Counted from the first letter of the stretch, positions 11,579 through 22,391 are shown. The stretch: 64,000 bases of DNA from Promethearchaeia archaeon (GCA_029856155.1 JAHQWL010000023.1:128001-192000); one strand, 5' to 3'. Program-made: numbers and translations. The notes: generated from the sequence alone by a model not told the origin.

Positions 11579-11621
11579 ATTTTATATTAATTAAAAGTAA
11601 GTATTGAGAAAAAGATTAATT

Positions 11622-12668
11622 ATGAGTACAAAAATTAAAGAAGCCTGGTTAGGACCCGGTAGAAAGGATGGCCAAATTAAACCAATCAAACCTAAAGATG
11701 ATGCATTACACATCGATATGGAAAAGAAAGGAACCAGAGAATGGTGGTATTTTGATGCTCGTTTTGATAATGGATATACAGTAGTAGGATTCTTTCGAGC
11801 AAAACACGAACGGACGGGTAAAACTGGAGTAGAAATTACGGTTTATAAGCCCAATGGAGAAAAAACACAGAATGTAATCGATTACCTTCATTCTGACTTT
11901 ACAGCTTCTCAAGATTTACCCGATGTGCAAATTGGTAAAAACTATATAAAAGTTGATTATTCTAATAAAGAGTTACCAACCTATGAAATTTTCTTAGATG
12001 AAGGTGAATATGGACTTCATTTAAAATATACGGCATTAGTTCATGGTTGGAAACCCGGAAAAGGCTATATTGAGTTTGGAAAGTCAAATGAATTCGGTTG
12101 GGTTATAGCTCTACCTCGAGCAGACGTTGTAGGAACTATTAAGGTTAATAATGAAACAATTCAAGTAAAAGGAATTGGATATCACGATCATAATTGGTTA
12201 AATTTCAATTTCGCGATGATAATTGACTATTGGTACTGGGGCAGGATATATTCTGAGAATTTTACTGTGGTTTTTGCTTATATTAAATGCAACAAGAAAA
12301 TGGATAATTATCCAATACAAGTCCTAATGCTTGCAAAAAATGAAAATGTAATTCTCAGTACGGGTGAATATGAATTAGTTCAAGATAATTTTGAATATAA
12401 TGAGAAAGCGGGAAATAAGTATCCGAAACTCTTAAAATTTAAAGTTGATAATCAGCATGAATTTATTCTCGAAGTTCAAGAGATCATTGATGCGGAGAAT
12501 TTACTTTATGAATTAGGACCTATCACACGTTTCTTAGCGAAAAATCTCTTAAAATTAAGACCAGGCTATTTTCGATTAAATTCTAAATTTCAACTTACTA
12601 TACTTTATGAAGCGAACTCGTATATAGAAAAAGGAAGCACACTTCACGAGATGGTAATTACTAAGTAA
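11622..12668 (+). CDS. CrtC/AttH lipocalin-like hydratase family protein
   Basis: REWWYFD, GIGYHDHNW and WYWGR motifs. Confidence 0.75.
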   Translation: MSTKIKEAWLGPGRKDGQIKPIKPKDDALHIDMEKKGTREWWYFDARFDNGYTVVGFFRAKHERTGKTGVEITVYKPNGEKTQNVIDYLHSDFTASQDLPDVQIGKNYIKVDYSNKELPTYEIFLDEGEYGLHLKYTALVHGWKPGKGYIEFGKSNEFGWVIALPRADVVGTIKVNNETIQVKGIGYHDHNWLNFNFAMIIDYWYWGRIYSENFTVVFAYIKCNKKMDNYPIQVLMLAKNENVILSTGEYELVQDNFEYNEKAGNKYPKLLKFKVDNQHEFILEVQEIIDAENLLYELGPITRFLAKNLLKLRPGYFRLNSKFQLTILYEANSYIEKGSTLHEMVITK

Positions 12669-12692
12669 GAAGAAAGCAATTTATCAGAGCTT

Positions 12693-13388
12693 TTATTTTT
12701 TTTCATCCAATGCTCTTTTTGGAAATAAGCGTTTTTTTAATTTAACCTTGCTTGTGTCCATATCATATTCTACTAAGCCGACATTTGCTAATTCTTGAAC
12801 TGAATGTAATACAAAAGCACCTCCAATACCAGTTGTAGTTTTTATTTGATCTCTCGTCATTTCTTCCTTTTCTCCATGTAAAGTCATTAAAATTCGATAA
12901 TGTGGTTGGCCTTGCCATATTTCTGACACTAAGACCGTGTAAATTGAAAGCAATGCACGAACTCTCTCAAAGTTATATTCTGCTTCTTCTGCTTCTGATG
13001 CTGCTTGCATAAATTTCTCTAACTCAACCTTAACTTTCTGATACTCATCTAGTAATTTCATTTGATCTTCTGTTAATGACCCTATTTTTTGATCTTTTTC
13101 TCGTTTTTCAAGCTCAAGCTTTTTTGTTCCCTCTTCTAATTTCTTTTTCTCTATCTCTAACTTTTGTTTCTCATTTTCTACCTTAGACTTTGCTTCTTCT
13201 AATTGTATTTTTTCATTTTCGAGTTTTTCTTTTTCTTTACTAAGCTCCATTTTATCATTCTCAAGATTTAATAAAGCAGTTCTTGATGTCTCTAATACCT
13301 CAATAAATTCCTTAAAACTTGATTCAGCAGCTTGAATTGTTTTATCAATAACATTTAACGTTTTTTCTTCATCTGACATTGGAATCAC
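12693..13388 (-). CDS. Coiled-coil protein with C-terminal winged-helix domain
   Basis: Heptad LE.EK repeats, then MTRDQIK...VQELANVGLVEYD...VKL. Confidence 0.7.
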   Translation of the reverse strand: MIPMSDEEKTLNVIDKTIQAAESSFKEFIEVLETSRTALLNLENDKMELSKEKEKLENEKIQLEEAKSKVENEKQKLEIEKKKLEEGTKKLELEKREKDQKIGSLTEDQMKLLDEYQKVKVELEKFMQAASEAEEAEYNFERVRALLSIYTVLVSEIWQGQPHYRILMTLHGEKEEMTRDQIKTTTGIGGAFVLHSVQELANVGLVEYDMDTSKVKLKKRLFPKRALDEKK

Positions 13389-13455
13389 AATTTATTTTAT
13401 TCAATTATATTTATTATATTTATTCTATTTATTCTATAAAAAAATTTATCAAATT

Positions 13456-14688
13456 ATGATAGAAAAAGATAGCTCTAATTACAAGAGAAATCTAATTTTA
13501 GGAGTTTCAGTTCCCGTTTTTATAATGGGCCTTGTATCTTTTTTTACAGATGTCTCAAGTGAGATGATCCAGAGCATTTTACCCTTATTTATTATAGATC
13601 TAGTAGAAAAAAATCCTACATTTATTTTAGGTTTAATCGCGGGAATTACAACAGCTCTAGCGAATATTTTAAAAGGAGTATCTGGTTGGATGAGTGATAA
13701 AATCAATAAAAGAAAACCTTTTGTAGTAGCAGGATATACCGTCTCAAATCTTTCTAAACCATTCATAGGTTTTAGTCCATCATGGGAATTTGTTTTAGGA
13801 TTAAAAGCAACTGATAGATTTGGCAAAGGCCTCAGAACATCTTCCAGAGATACACTTATATCTTATTATGCGGTTGAGAAAGGAAAGGCGTTTGGAATGC
13901 ACCGTGCAATGGATACATTAGGCGCCGTTGTTGGTTCTCTTCTTGCCTTCTTATTTCTATTTTGGGCGTGGAGTTATTCTGAAATTATATTTTTCTCTAT
14001 TTTTCCAGGACTGTGTGCGATTGTATTGATTTTTTTCGTCAAGGAAGTTGATCCAACAAAAATGGATGAAACAAAGTTGAAATATCATGGTGAATCAAAA
14101 GTAGATAAAATTGATAGAAATTTTATTAAGCTTATAATTATTCTTGGAGTAATTGAATTTGCTAGCTTAGATATTGCATTCCTCCAAGTTAGATCAAGAG
14201 ACTATATTTTTTCTGGATTAATCTTTTTAATACCTGTTTTTTATTTACTAACAAACATCGTTTATATGATTTTATCACCAATAATGGGTTCTTTATCAGA
14301 TAAAATCGGGCGTAAACCGATTATTGTTAGTGGGTTATCAATTCTTTTAGTTTCTACTATATTTTTGGCATTTCCAATTGAATCTTCAACTTTTTCTCTT
14401 ATCTCAATCATAATAATTTATGCATTTTATGGGTTCTATTTAGCATCAGTAGATCCCATCTCAAGGGCATATATTGCAGATTTAGCTGGAAAAAATAAGA
14501 GAGGCCGAGCATATGGTTATTATTATCTCTCTGTAGGGATAATTTCCTTGGGTGAATCACTGCTTTTTGGATTAATATATGATTTATTCTCTTTTTTTTG
14601 GGCTTTTCTCTACGTTTCAATTCTATTACTTATATGTATAATAGTGTTTATTATCACTGATTTCTCTAAGATACTACATAAGGCGTAA
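13456..14688 (+). CDS. MFS transporter
   Basis: SFFTDVSSEM, GWMSDKINKRK, DRFGKGLRT, GSLSDKIGRK; about 12 TM segments. Confidence 0.93.
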   Translation: MIEKDSSNYKRNLILGVSVPVFIMGLVSFFTDVSSEMIQSILPLFIIDLVEKNPTFILGLIAGITTALANILKGVSGWMSDKINKRKPFVVAGYTVSNLSKPFIGFSPSWEFVLGLKATDRFGKGLRTSSRDTLISYYAVEKGKAFGMHRAMDTLGAVVGSLLAFLFLFWAWSYSEIIFFSIFPGLCAIVLIFFVKEVDPTKMDETKLKYHGESKVDKIDRNFIKLIIILGVIEFASLDIAFLQVRSRDYIFSGLIFLIPVFYLLTNIVYMILSPIMGSLSDKIGRKPIIVSGLSILLVSTIFLAFPIESSTFSLISIIIIYAFYGFYLASVDPISRAYIADLAGKNKRGRAYGYYYLSVGIISLGESLLFGLIYDLFSFFWAFLYVSILLLICIIVFIITDFSKILHKA

Positions 14689-14761
14689 TTATTCGGTAAA
14701 TTATGAATTGGTGTAGAGTCTACCTAAACAATTAAATAGACTAGATTATTGGTTAACTGCG

Positions 14762-15556
14762 GTGATACAAAAAATGAAAGAAGATTATTGCCTCACTTCA
14801 AAGGACGTGGTTCTAGCAGCTATACAATCATCTAACAAAAATATGGAAGATTTTAAAGTTGATCCTAATGTTTTGATTATTTTCTCTGGAGCTTTATTAA
14901 ATTATTTAAAACAAAAAGCCGGCTTAGAACAATCAGATTGGTTATTACCGTTTCACCCCTATGGCTCTGAAAGATTGCATCGTGGTAAATATGAACACAT
15001 TCCTTTAACCGTAATTATTCCCCCGATGGGAGCATCAACAATGGCTTCAGTGACAGAAGATTTAATCTTTTGTGGAGCAAAAGTAATTCTTCTCGTTTGT
15101 GGTTCATGGGGCATTGGTGAAAAAGTAAAACTACTTGATTATATTATACCTACTCATAGTTTAGGGCCAGATGGCACAAGTATACATTATGGAAGAAAAT
15201 TAAATGAAGAGATTGAATTAAATAAAGAGATTGTAAATATAGTTATAGAGGAAACAAAAAAAAGAACCAAAAATTACCATATAGGAAAGAATTATTGTAA
15301 AGAAGCATTCTATAAGATTAATAAATCAGAAATTCATGGACTGCAAAAGAAAGGTTGTATTTCAATGGAGAATGGAGAAATCAATGTTCTCGCAACAATA
15401 TGTAAACAAAATCAGATAAAATTTGGTGTAATTTTTTATAGCTATTATAGTCCTCTTGAGGGGTGGAATATTTCATGGAAGGAAGACCGATATAAAGAAT
15501 GTGTAGATCTTGAAGGAGATATTGCTCTAGCTACAATGTTAAGAATAAATAGATGA
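14762..15556 (+). CDS. Nucleoside phosphorylase family (PNP/UDP) protein
   Basis: PMGAS, GSWGI, DGTSIHY and SMENGE motifs. Confidence 0.75.
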   Translation: MIQKMKEDYCLTSKDVVLAAIQSSNKNMEDFKVDPNVLIIFSGALLNYLKQKAGLEQSDWLLPFHPYGSERLHRGKYEHIPLTVIIPPMGASTMASVTEDLIFCGAKVILLVCGSWGIGEKVKLLDYIIPTHSLGPDGTSIHYGRKLNEEIELNKEIVNIVIEETKKRTKNYHIGKNYCKEAFYKINKSEIHGLQKKGCISMENGEINVLATICKQNQIKFGVIFYSYYSPLEGWNISWKEDRYKECVDLEGDIALATMLRINR

Positions 15557-15573
15557 TAATTGAATTGTTTTCT

Positions 15574-16845
15574 CTACTTAGATTGGATCCATAAGTTAGC
15601 TAAATATATCAAAACTTCAGTAGCTTTTTGAAGAGCTAAAGTTGGGATGTATTCTTTTCTAGAATGAAATAATAAACCTCCCGCAAAAATATTTGGCGTT
15701 GGAATTCCTTTCGCACTTAACCGAGCTCCATCTGTACCTCCCCTTATAGGATGAATTTTCAATTCTAAACCCGATTTTTCGATTGCTTGTTTAGCTAGAT
15801 CGATAACTTTTGGCGTTTTTTCTAGGTAAATAAACATGTTTTGATATTGATGTTTAAAATTTATTTCAATTTTTAATCCTGGATAACGAATTTCATATGC
15901 TTTCTTTAGTTTTTTTAAATAATCCATCCGTCTATGGTTATTTTCTTCTAAAAAATCTCTAATAAACATTCTTGAGTTAGCTTCTTCTGCATTACCTTGT
16001 AGTTTTGATAAATGAAAAAATCCTTCCCGTTCCTCAGTATGTTCAGGTGACTCAGATTCAGGAAGCTCACTAAAAAACCTGCTCGCAATCTGTATGGCAT
16101 TAATCATTTTATTCTTAGCTTCTCCAGGATGAACATTTAAACCTATAAATTTAGTTTGAGCTAACCATGCATCAAAACATTCAAATTCTAATTCACCCAT
16201 TTCACCACCATCTACTGTATAGCATACTTTAGGAAGCTTTTTCATATCAACTTTATCAATTCCTAAACCAATTTCTTCATCTGTACTAAAACAAACAAAT
16301 ATTGGCCCGTGCTTTAATTCATCAAACTCTTTCCAAGAAGCACACGCAGCCATTATTTCGGCAATACCTGCTTTATCGTCTGCCCCCAACAGTGTATCTC
16401 CCTCAGATGTGATTATATCAAGACCTATATATTCTTCTAAATTAGGAGAATCTTCAATGTTTAAAACTAAGCCCTTATTTTGAGTGAATTTTATTTCTTT
16501 TCCATCATATTTTCTATGGATTACAGGTTTTACATTCTTTCCACTAACTGCAGGTGAAGTATCCATATGAGCTAATAATCCAATAGGGGTTACTTTTTCA
16601 AAACCTTTACTTGGTGGCAAATAAGCATAAACAAATCCAAATTCATCATGAATAATATCTTCAAGACCTAGTTCTTTTAATTCCTCAACCAACAACTTAC
16701 CCAGATCTAATTGTATCTTTGTTGAGGGAACAGTCTCTACACTTTCATCTGAAGTAGTCCAAACTTTTACATACCTTAAAAATCGTTCTAATGCTTCATT
16801 TAGCAAAAATTCTTTTATGTCTATTGAAAGATCCATATCAATCAA
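15574..16845 (-). CDS. pepT: Peptidase T (M20)
   Basis: AHMDTS, TLLGADDKAG, DEEIG, HPGEAK, IRGGTDG, FHSRKE. Confidence 0.95.
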   Translation of the reverse strand: MIDMDLSIDIKEFLLNEALERFLRYVKVWTTSDESVETVPSTKIQLDLGKLLVEELKELGLEDIIHDEFGFVYAYLPPSKGFEKVTPIGLLAHMDTSPAVSGKNVKPVIHRKYDGKEIKFTQNKGLVLNIEDSPNLEEYIGLDIITSEGDTLLGADDKAGIAEIMAACASWKEFDELKHGPIFVCFSTDEEIGLGIDKVDMKKLPKVCYTVDGGEMGELEFECFDAWLAQTKFIGLNVHPGEAKNKMINAIQIASRFFSELPESESPEHTEEREGFFHLSKLQGNAEEANSRMFIRDFLEENNHRRMDYLKKLKKAYEIRYPGLKIEINFKHQYQNMFIYLEKTPKVIDLAKQAIEKSGLELKIHPIRGGTDGARLSAKGIPTPNIFAGGLLFHSRKEYIPTLALQKATEVLIYLANLWIQSK

Positions 16846-16896
16846 AATTAATCCTAAATTTTAAAGTTAAATAATCTTACAAAAACATATGAATTC

Positions 16897-17709
16897 TCAT
16901 CTACCTTTGAATTTTGGTTCTCTCTTCTTGATGAATGAATTCATTCCTTCGCCAAAATCATAAGTTCTTATATTTTTACAATATAATCGAAATTCATTTT
17001 GTAAAGATGGAAACAATTCGTTAAATTGAGAAAAATTTAACATAGCTTTATTATATCCAAGACATTTCGTCGGCATCTGTACGATTTTTCGAACAAATTC
17101 AAATGATTTTTCTTTAAATTCGTCTATCGGGTAAACTTTAGTAATTAGACCTATATCTAAAGCCTCTTTTGCATCAAGATGACGTCCAGTTAAAATAATC
17201 TCTGTTGCTCTTCCAAAACCAACAATTCTGGGCAGAAACCAACTTGCTCCGCTTAAAATACAATGAGCTCTATTTGTACGATGATCTCCAATTTTCAAAT
17301 TATCTGCTGCTAATCGAAAATCACATGCAAGTGCAATATCAAATCCTGCACCTAAGCAATATCCTTTTAACAAAGCTATCACAGGTTTTTGAATTTCTCG
17401 TATTAAACGGACAACTTTATGATGGGGCATTCGTGAACCATCTTCTAATGGTGTGAATTTAACCCCTTCTGGCCCCATACTTTTCATATCATCACCAGAG
17501 GAGAAATTTTCACCTGCTCCTTCAAGAATAACAGCACGGAGTAACTTTTTTTTCATGATAGACTTAAATACTTCTACAATTTCCATTAATAATGGGTACT
17601 GTAATGCGTTAAACTTGTCTGGACGATTAATAGTAATTTTACCAATACCATCCTTAAATTCATATAATATATACTTAAAATTAGTACTTAGAATTAGAAT
17701 CCTCTCCAT
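16897..17709 (-). CDS. Enoyl-CoA hydratase/isomerase family protein
   Basis: INRPDKFNAL, FSSGDD, GAGFDIALACD, FIKKREPKFKGR. Confidence 0.9.
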   Translation of the reverse strand: MERILILSTNFKYILYEFKDGIGKITINRPDKFNALQYPLLMEIVEVFKSIMKKKLLRAVILEGAGENFSSGDDMKSMGPEGVKFTPLEDGSRMPHHKVVRLIREIQKPVIALLKGYCLGAGFDIALACDFRLAADNLKIGDHRTNRAHCILSGASWFLPRIVGFGRATEIILTGRHLDAKEALDIGLITKVYPIDEFKEKSFEFVRKIVQMPTKCLGYNKAMLNFSQFNELFPSLQNEFRLYCKNIRTYDFGEGMNSFIKKREPKFKGR

Positions 17710-17796
17710 TTTAAATTATTAAAATAAATATGTCTAGATCTTTCAAAAAAATTATATATTTGTTGTTTTACAAAAAAAGAAAGTAAATAAAAATGT

Positions 17797-18414
17797 TTAC
17801 CAAATCTCGAATTTTTGGTCAAGTTTGGAAGTAAAAACAAGTAGGTAAGGAATTAATAAATCCCAAAGACTCGTTAAGGCATTAAGCAGAATTACTAATA
17901 TAGTCCAATATTCTAATCCTTCCGACCCATAAAAAGCCAAATAAACAATAATATTTAGAATCACCATTACGATTATTCTAACTAATATACCTAATGCACC
18001 ATAAACTACGTAAGTTTTCGGTCTTTTTAATTTTTGACTTTTCCTCCCACCTTCTTTCCGATTAATAAGATATAACAGCATTATTGGGACAATCATTAAT
18101 GAAAAAGTAGCTGAAAACTTCATAAGAGGACCAATTGGAGTAAATGGATCAAAAGGAAAAAGCACTGTCATTCCAATGACACAGCATAAAACTCCTGCTA
18201 ATGGACCAAATATTAAAAAACATGTAAACCATATAATTGAAACAGGGTCAAAATAAGCAAAACCTTGTGGTGTTCTGGGTAAATATGGGACTACAAAGAG
18301 AGATAAAATTAAAGATAATGCGCCAAAAATAGCAGCACCAACAATTTGAAGTGTTAATCGAGTTCTTTTGGACAAAAAAGATTCTTTTTCTTCAACAAAC
18401 TCTGCTACAGTCAT
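17797..18414 (-). CDS. Membrane protein, ECF S-component-like
   Basis: About 5-6 TM segments; FDPVSII...GPLAG pattern. Confidence 0.55.
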   Translation of the reverse strand: MTVAEFVEEKESFLSKRTRLTLQIVGAAIFGALSLILSLFVVPYLPRTPQGFAYFDPVSIIWFTCFLIFGPLAGVLCCVIGMTVLFPFDPFTPIGPLMKFSATFSLMIVPIMLLYLINRKEGGRKSQKLKRPKTYVVYGALGILVRIIVMVILNIIVYLAFYGSEGLEYWTILVILLNALTSLWDLLIPYLLVFTSKLDQKFEIW

Positions 18415-18671
18415 TTTTACTCATTAATAAAGAATTTTCATTTTATATTCCTAGGATAATGTGTGTTTTGGTATTTAAAATGTTTTAGGTAAAATATATT
18501 TAATAAATTACAATTTACAAATTAAATTAAAATAGATTTTTATAATTATTATTAAAGATGGGTTAAAAATTTTAACTAGTTCATTAATTAAGGCTCTAAA
18601 TTATTTGTATTTCAATTAATATCTTGTTATCTTTATTATTCAATCTACTCATTTTTGGAGATATAGAAAGT

Positions 18672-19856
18672 CTAAGAAAACCTTTTTCCAAGACCCCTAT
18701 ATGTAAAATATTTATCTATAAATTTTCCTTCTGAATAGATATTTATTTCATTAAAATGTTCAAGAGGTTCACCAGCTTTTCCAAATCTACAAAAAATTGG
18801 GTCACCCAAATTAAGATTTATTTTTTTTGGATTAAATTTAAAAGGCGTTTGAACTTCTCCAAACTCTTCATTTTTATAGGTTTTTAAATGATCAGGTATA
18901 ACTACAATTGGAAATGCTCTTATAGAACCAGAGCTAACATAACCTCCCGAAAATGTGGTTATTATATTATGCCTTGGCTTTCTTACAACTTGAAGTACAA
19001 AGAACAGAGATGGTATAAAATCTTGCAATGAATTAATTGAATCAAATATATGAGATTTAAAAAGTAAAGATCCAATACCAATTTCTGTAATTGATGGTTC
19101 TTCCGCGGTTTCTTGAAAACAACCTGATCCTCCTCCATTCACTACTGCTGGTTCTAATCCTTCTGAAATTAAACTGTTAACAACCTCTTGACGCAGTTGA
19201 TTCACATGTTTCCGAGAACGCTTTTTAATCCATCTCATAAAAGCGCTATTATCTCCTATACTTGCATTTTGAGCTTCATAGCCCATGATTCCTCTATATT
19301 GAAGATTCTTTCTTTTTTCTGTCTCTCTTGCTAGCATAATTATATCTTCTGATTTTCTTAAAGGACTTCTAAGAACACCTATATTTACACCAAAAAATCG
19401 ATCTGCTATATCAAGTTCTATTAAAATTTGAAATTTTACATTATGTTTATTTGCTGCTTTCTCTAATTGATTTATATGAAAAATAGAATCAACCATTACA
19501 GATATCTCTACTCCTTCTATTGAAGCTGCTTTACATAATTCCGCTATATCAACGGGAGAAGTCGTAGGATATCCTAATAGTATATCTTTAATATTGTAAT
19601 TTTCAGCAAAAAATAGTGCTTCAGCGGAATTATACACAAAAATACCATTCACAAAATCTTTTTGTTCTACAATTTTTATTAATTCTGGCACTCTTACTGA
19701 TTTTGTACATAATCTTAGATTTTTTTTTGCCTTGTTTAAATAATTCCCCACTCTGTCTAAATTTTGGTTAAAAGCTTCAATATCACAAATAACTAGTGGA
19801 AATTTTCTGTTTCTAACTAATTCTTTTAATTCCTCATAAGATAATGATATCAACAT
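18672..19856 (-). CDS. PLP-dependent alanine-racemase-fold enzyme (DSD1-like amino acid deaminase/aldolase)
   Basis: RLCTKSVR, GIMGYEAQ, VNGGGSG, GEVQTP, TYRGLG. Confidence 0.85.
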   Translation of the reverse strand: MLISLSYEELKELVRNRKFPLVICDIEAFNQNLDRVGNYLNKAKKNLRLCTKSVRVPELIKIVEQKDFVNGIFVYNSAEALFFAENYNIKDILLGYPTTSPVDIAELCKAASIEGVEISVMVDSIFHINQLEKAANKHNVKFQILIELDIADRFFGVNIGVLRSPLRKSEDIIMLARETEKRKNLQYRGIMGYEAQNASIGDNSAFMRWIKKRSRKHVNQLRQEVVNSLISEGLEPAVVNGGGSGCFQETAEEPSITEIGIGSLLFKSHIFDSINSLQDFIPSLFFVLQVVRKPRHNIITTFSGGYVSSGSIRAFPIVVIPDHLKTYKNEEFGEVQTPFKFNPKKINLNLGDPIFCRFGKAGEPLEHFNEINIYSEGKFIDKYFTYRGLGKRFS

Positions 19857-19934
19857 TTAAATCCCCCATTTTATTAAGAAATGAAAAAAACATTAATTTA
19901 TATATATTACAAATAGTATTTATAAGAGTATAAT

Positions 19935-21290
19935 TTATTTTAATAACTTCTTCTCTTTAGCATCTAATTCTAGCCAATCACTTACGTTCTTTAATTGTTT
20001 TCTTGAAGCTCCACATAGTATTTTTAAAAACGGAAGGAAATTTTGAATGAAATCAATTTGGGAAATTTCATATTTTCTTTTAAGCTTTTCTACAAATTCT
20101 TTTTCAATATTCGTCAAAGAATAATAAGTTCCTGAAGTGTATCTTGGAAATACAACTCTCTGAAATCCTTTTGATAAAGGTGTATCTTTTCTAGATAAAG
20201 CAACACCACCCGCAAAGAGGTCAAAAAAATAGGGTAATAGACCCCAATATTGAGTAGTACGAATTCTACCAAAAATTTCATCAGCTAATGAAAGGTTCTC
20301 AAAAGCGGTAGCAAGGTCTCTATTTGATTTCATGAATGTAAGGAGATTTTCATTGATCCATTTATATAAGAAGTTATAATCAACATCAGATTTGTTAGTT
20401 AAATTTTTAGCTTCTCGCAAAGAAGATACTTTAAATAAATCTCTAATTAAGGAAAATATTTCTTCTAGACTATCGCGATGTAGACTAAGGATTAATTCCT
20501 TTACATCGCCCTCAATCTTACCTTGACCAATTCCTTGAAGATCGTTGATAACTCCTCTCAAATCACCATTATTTTTTTCAATAATTAACTCTAAATCATC
20601 ATTTTTAAAACTTGTAATATTCTCCTTCTTTAGGATGTTTATTACTATTTTCATTACTTCATTCTTGGGTAAAGGAAGAACCTCATACCTTTTAATCTTA
20701 TTATATAATGGTTGTAGATTTGTTTTATATTCATTAGAACACATTATGATGGGGAACTGCGTATCCTGAATTAAATCAATAACAGTAGGAATTGCCCCTC
20801 TATCTTGAACTCCATAAATACCATCAATCTCATCAATAAGTATTAATTTCTCCTTTGACTCAGTAATAAAATCCATTATTCCACGAGATTTAGTAGTTTC
20901 TTTCAATCTCCTTTCTAATGTACTCCTCGTTCGTGTATCAGATGCGTTAGTTTCAATTACTTCCATATTGAAATCATTTGCTAGTGCATAAACAATAGAG
21001 GTTTTGCCAATTCCAGGTGGACCCTCTAATAAAACAGCAGCTTCATCAGGAGATATTTTTTTCTCTTCTTTTTGCTCCTTTTCAATAACACTTCTATTAA
21101 ATTCTCGAATTTCTTTATTCTCAGTATTAACTCGTTTTCGTTCTTCGAAGAAGTTTTTTACAAAATTCTCTAATTCTTCACTCAAGTTAACTCTTTGTCT
21201 GCCCAGTCTAGCAGTGGGTAAAGCCATTTCCTTGATGCTCTTTGGGCGAAATTTCTCAACCCAGGGAATATCTGAATACTTTTTTGGCAT
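19935..21290 (-). CDS. rfcL: Replication factor C large subunit
   Basis: PWVEKFRP, GPPGIGKT, ETNASD, IDEIDG, GDLRGVINDLQ. Confidence 0.93.
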   Translation of the reverse strand: MPKKYSDIPWVEKFRPKSIKEMALPTARLGRQRVNLSEELENFVKNFFEERKRVNTENKEIREFNRSVIEKEQKEEKKISPDEAAVLLEGPPGIGKTSIVYALANDFNMEVIETNASDTRTRSTLERRLKETTKSRGIMDFITESKEKLILIDEIDGIYGVQDRGAIPTVIDLIQDTQFPIIMCSNEYKTNLQPLYNKIKRYEVLPLPKNEVMKIVINILKKENITSFKNDDLELIIEKNNGDLRGVINDLQGIGQGKIEGDVKELILSLHRDSLEEIFSLIRDLFKVSSLREAKNLTNKSDVDYNFLYKWINENLLTFMKSNRDLATAFENLSLADEIFGRIRTTQYWGLLPYFFDLFAGGVALSRKDTPLSKGFQRVVFPRYTSGTYYSLTNIEKEFVEKLKRKYEISQIDFIQNFLPFLKILCGASRKQLKNVSDWLELDAKEKKLLK

Positions 21291-21303
21291 TTGCTTTACT
21301 CAC

Positions 21304-22350
21304 CTACATATATTCTGAAAACAAACAGATTTTTGATAGAAGAGCAGATATTTGAATATCTATATCTCTCCCATCAAGGGTTCTGAAGTCAGAATCGGCA
21401 ATTAAATTAATTAATTTAATCCTTGTAAATTTACTTATCGGTAATTTATTAATTTCATTAAGTAAAAGTTTATAAAATTCATGAGCACTAAATTTATAAT
21501 TCGAAAGGATTTTTCGTGATAATTCCCTCGCTTTTGGGAAATCTCCTTTAAAGGTTACTAATAAGAGACTTCTAATAAGTTCATTATGAAATTTCTGAGC
21601 GTTTTCATATAAAATTTCAATAGATATATTGTTTCCATTAATACTGCTCAATTGTAAAAGATCAATTGCTTGAGAGATTCTACCCTCTGAAATTCGATAT
21701 AAAATTTTTATACATTCATCTGAAATTTCTAATGACTCTTGTTTAGTGATATAAAGAATCAGTTCTTTAAATTCAATAAATTTAACTCGAGAAATCAGAA
21801 TAATATGACATCTACTAACAATGGGATTAATAATACTTGAAATTTTGGTAGTGATTAAAATCATCCTACAATTAGTGCCATAGATCTCCATTAACCTTCT
21901 AAAACCTTGTTGGTTTGACTCTAAGGCTTCGAAATTCTTCACAACCAGAATTTTAAAAGGAGCTTTTCCCAATACTTTTAATTGAACAAAAGGTTTTACT
22001 TTTGCTTGAATAAATGCAGGTGTTGTAATTCTTTTTCCAGCACTGCTACCAATTTTATTTGTAGAAACGTAAGCCTCAGATCTTGCTTGTTTTCTTTCTT
22101 CATCAGTTAAAGGAACATCTGCATATACTAATTTAAAATTGGCGTCATAATCTTTATCTAGAAATTCCTTTGAAAATAATTGAGCAATCATCGTTTTTCC
22201 AATACCCTTTGACCCGACAAATAATAAATGTGGAAAATTACTTTGCTGAATTATATTTTTTAAAGCCTCTTTAACTCTTTTTCTTCCGCAGATTTCATCC
22301 AAACTTTTTGGATGATACTTTATTCGCCAAATAGGAATTTCTTCAGTCAA
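21304..22350 (-). CDS. Divergent RFC small subunit (degenerate Walker B)
   Basis: WRIKYHP, PHLLFVGSKGIGKT, ILVVKNFE in place of DEAD, QQGFRRLME, PIVSRC. Confidence 0.88.
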   Translation of the reverse strand: MTEEIPIWRIKYHPKSLDEICGRKRVKEALKNIIQQSNFPHLLFVGSKGIGKTMIAQLFSKEFLDKDYDANFKLVYADVPLTDEERKQARSEAYVSTNKIGSSAGKRITTPAFIQAKVKPFVQLKVLGKAPFKILVVKNFEALESNQQGFRRLMEIYGTNCRMILITTKISSIINPIVSRCHIILISRVKFIEFKELILYITKQESLEISDECIKILYRISEGRISQAIDLLQLSSINGNNISIEILYENAQKFHNELIRSLLLVTFKGDFPKARELSRKILSNYKFSAHEFYKLLLNEINKLPISKFTRIKLINLIADSDFRTLDGRDIDIQISALLSKICLFSEYM

Positions 22351-22391
22351 ATTTGAATACCTTAAGATCTGTATATTTTTTCAATAAATCG

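Noticed and set aside
18415-18671. Riboswitch upstream of the ECF S-like gene
   Set aside because: Extremely AT-rich with no recognisable aptamer consensus
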